From assembly GCF_001194135.2 (NCBI RefSeq), contig NC_068991.1:78971094-79008554 (forward strand): DNA of 37,461 bases, written 5' to 3'. Shown here piece by piece: positions 37,008-37,461 of this stretch (position 1 is the stretch's first letter; each line of letters starts with the position of its first letter). The notes beneath the pieces were generated by a model that saw only the letters and a list, made by a program, of their open reading frames with translations, searched no databases and had not been told where the DNA came from. Source of the DNA: Octopus bimaculoides (Eukaryota). The translations under genes and the position numbers were made by a program.

Positions 37008-37079
37008 CATCGACAGTAGCATCAGCATCGACAGTAGCATCAGCATCGACAGTAGCATCAGCATCGACAGTAGCAGCAG
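37008..37079. repeat. 18-bp minisatellite (CATCGACAGTAGCATCAG)x4 following a (CAT)n tract
   Basis: Units at 37008, 37026, 37044 and 37062 (the last ends CAGCAG). Confidence 0.92.
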
Positions 37080-37461
37080 CAAGACCACCCGTGCCACTAC
37101 CGCCTAATCACCACTGCCACCATTCCGACCACCGCAATCATCGTGTCTTATTTCTATGAATATCATGCCACCACAAGACTATGTCCTAAACCACAATCAC
37201 TACCACTATCATTATCGTCTTCATTACTGGAACCACTAATGACCACCTCTATGGCCACCACATTCAACATCATTACCGACCTTCATCATCAAAACGACCA
37301 ATTTTACCATCACCAACTCCCAAACCACCACCACAACTACCACCACCACTATCATCGTCATCATCACCACTAGTACTAGTACCAATTACCCACTAGTACC
37401 AACACCATCGCTTCATCGTCACCATCCGCAACATCATTCTCATTAACACAATCACTAACGC
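37080..37461. repeat. Low-complexity cryptic trinucleotide tract (CAC/CAT/TAC-rich)
   Basis: Strong C/A-rich 3-periodicity. The His/Thr-rich ORF 37143-37373 is a by-product. Confidence 0.75.

Larger units (their letters stand above)
1870..37461 (-). other. Probable large intron of the mGluR gene (>35 kb, open-ended)
   Basis: Follows the acceptor at 1871-1870. No other mGluR-like peptide (e.g. the TM6 motif FTMYTTCIIWLAF) was seen in the ORF track or by eye. A small exon hidden in an N-gap cannot be excluded. Confidence 0.7.

Noticed and set aside
37143-37373. His-rich ORF
   Set aside because: Arises from low-complexity CAC/CAT repeats; no start context or splice support.
1-37461. CRISPR array, rRNA or intact tRNA genes
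   Set aside because: None seen. Tandem repeats lack unique spacers, and tRNA-like stretches are SINE heads or PBS complements.

Overview
AT-rich, microsatellite-dense eukaryotic genomic window with 11 assembly gaps, most of them flanked by (TA)n. The SINE families resemble, from memory, those of Octopus (cephalopod origin is inferred). The only convincing host coding sequence is one minus-strand exon (1869->1680/1672) encoding TM7 and the proximal C-tail of a group II-like metabotropic glutamate receptor (similar to Drosophila mGluRA). Everything above 1870 appears to be one very large intron of that gene. It is filled with transposon remains: a complete 632-bp miniature LTR retrotransposon (TRIM-like; 5-bp TSD, tRNA-Ser PBS, PPT), two fold-back MITEs, tRNA-derived SINEs, CR1-like and Hero/RLE-type LINE 3' fragments, an internally deleted mariner, and Penelope-type minimal hammerhead ribozyme motifs. 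The most interesting observations are the TRIM, its duplicated and over-long tRNA-complementary PBS units, a poly(A)-signal hairpin found only in its 3' LTR, the hammerheads, and a stop codon lying just inside a splice donor that could give a short-tail mGluR isoform. Nearly all long ORFs in the supplied track are artefacts of microsatellites or N-runs.
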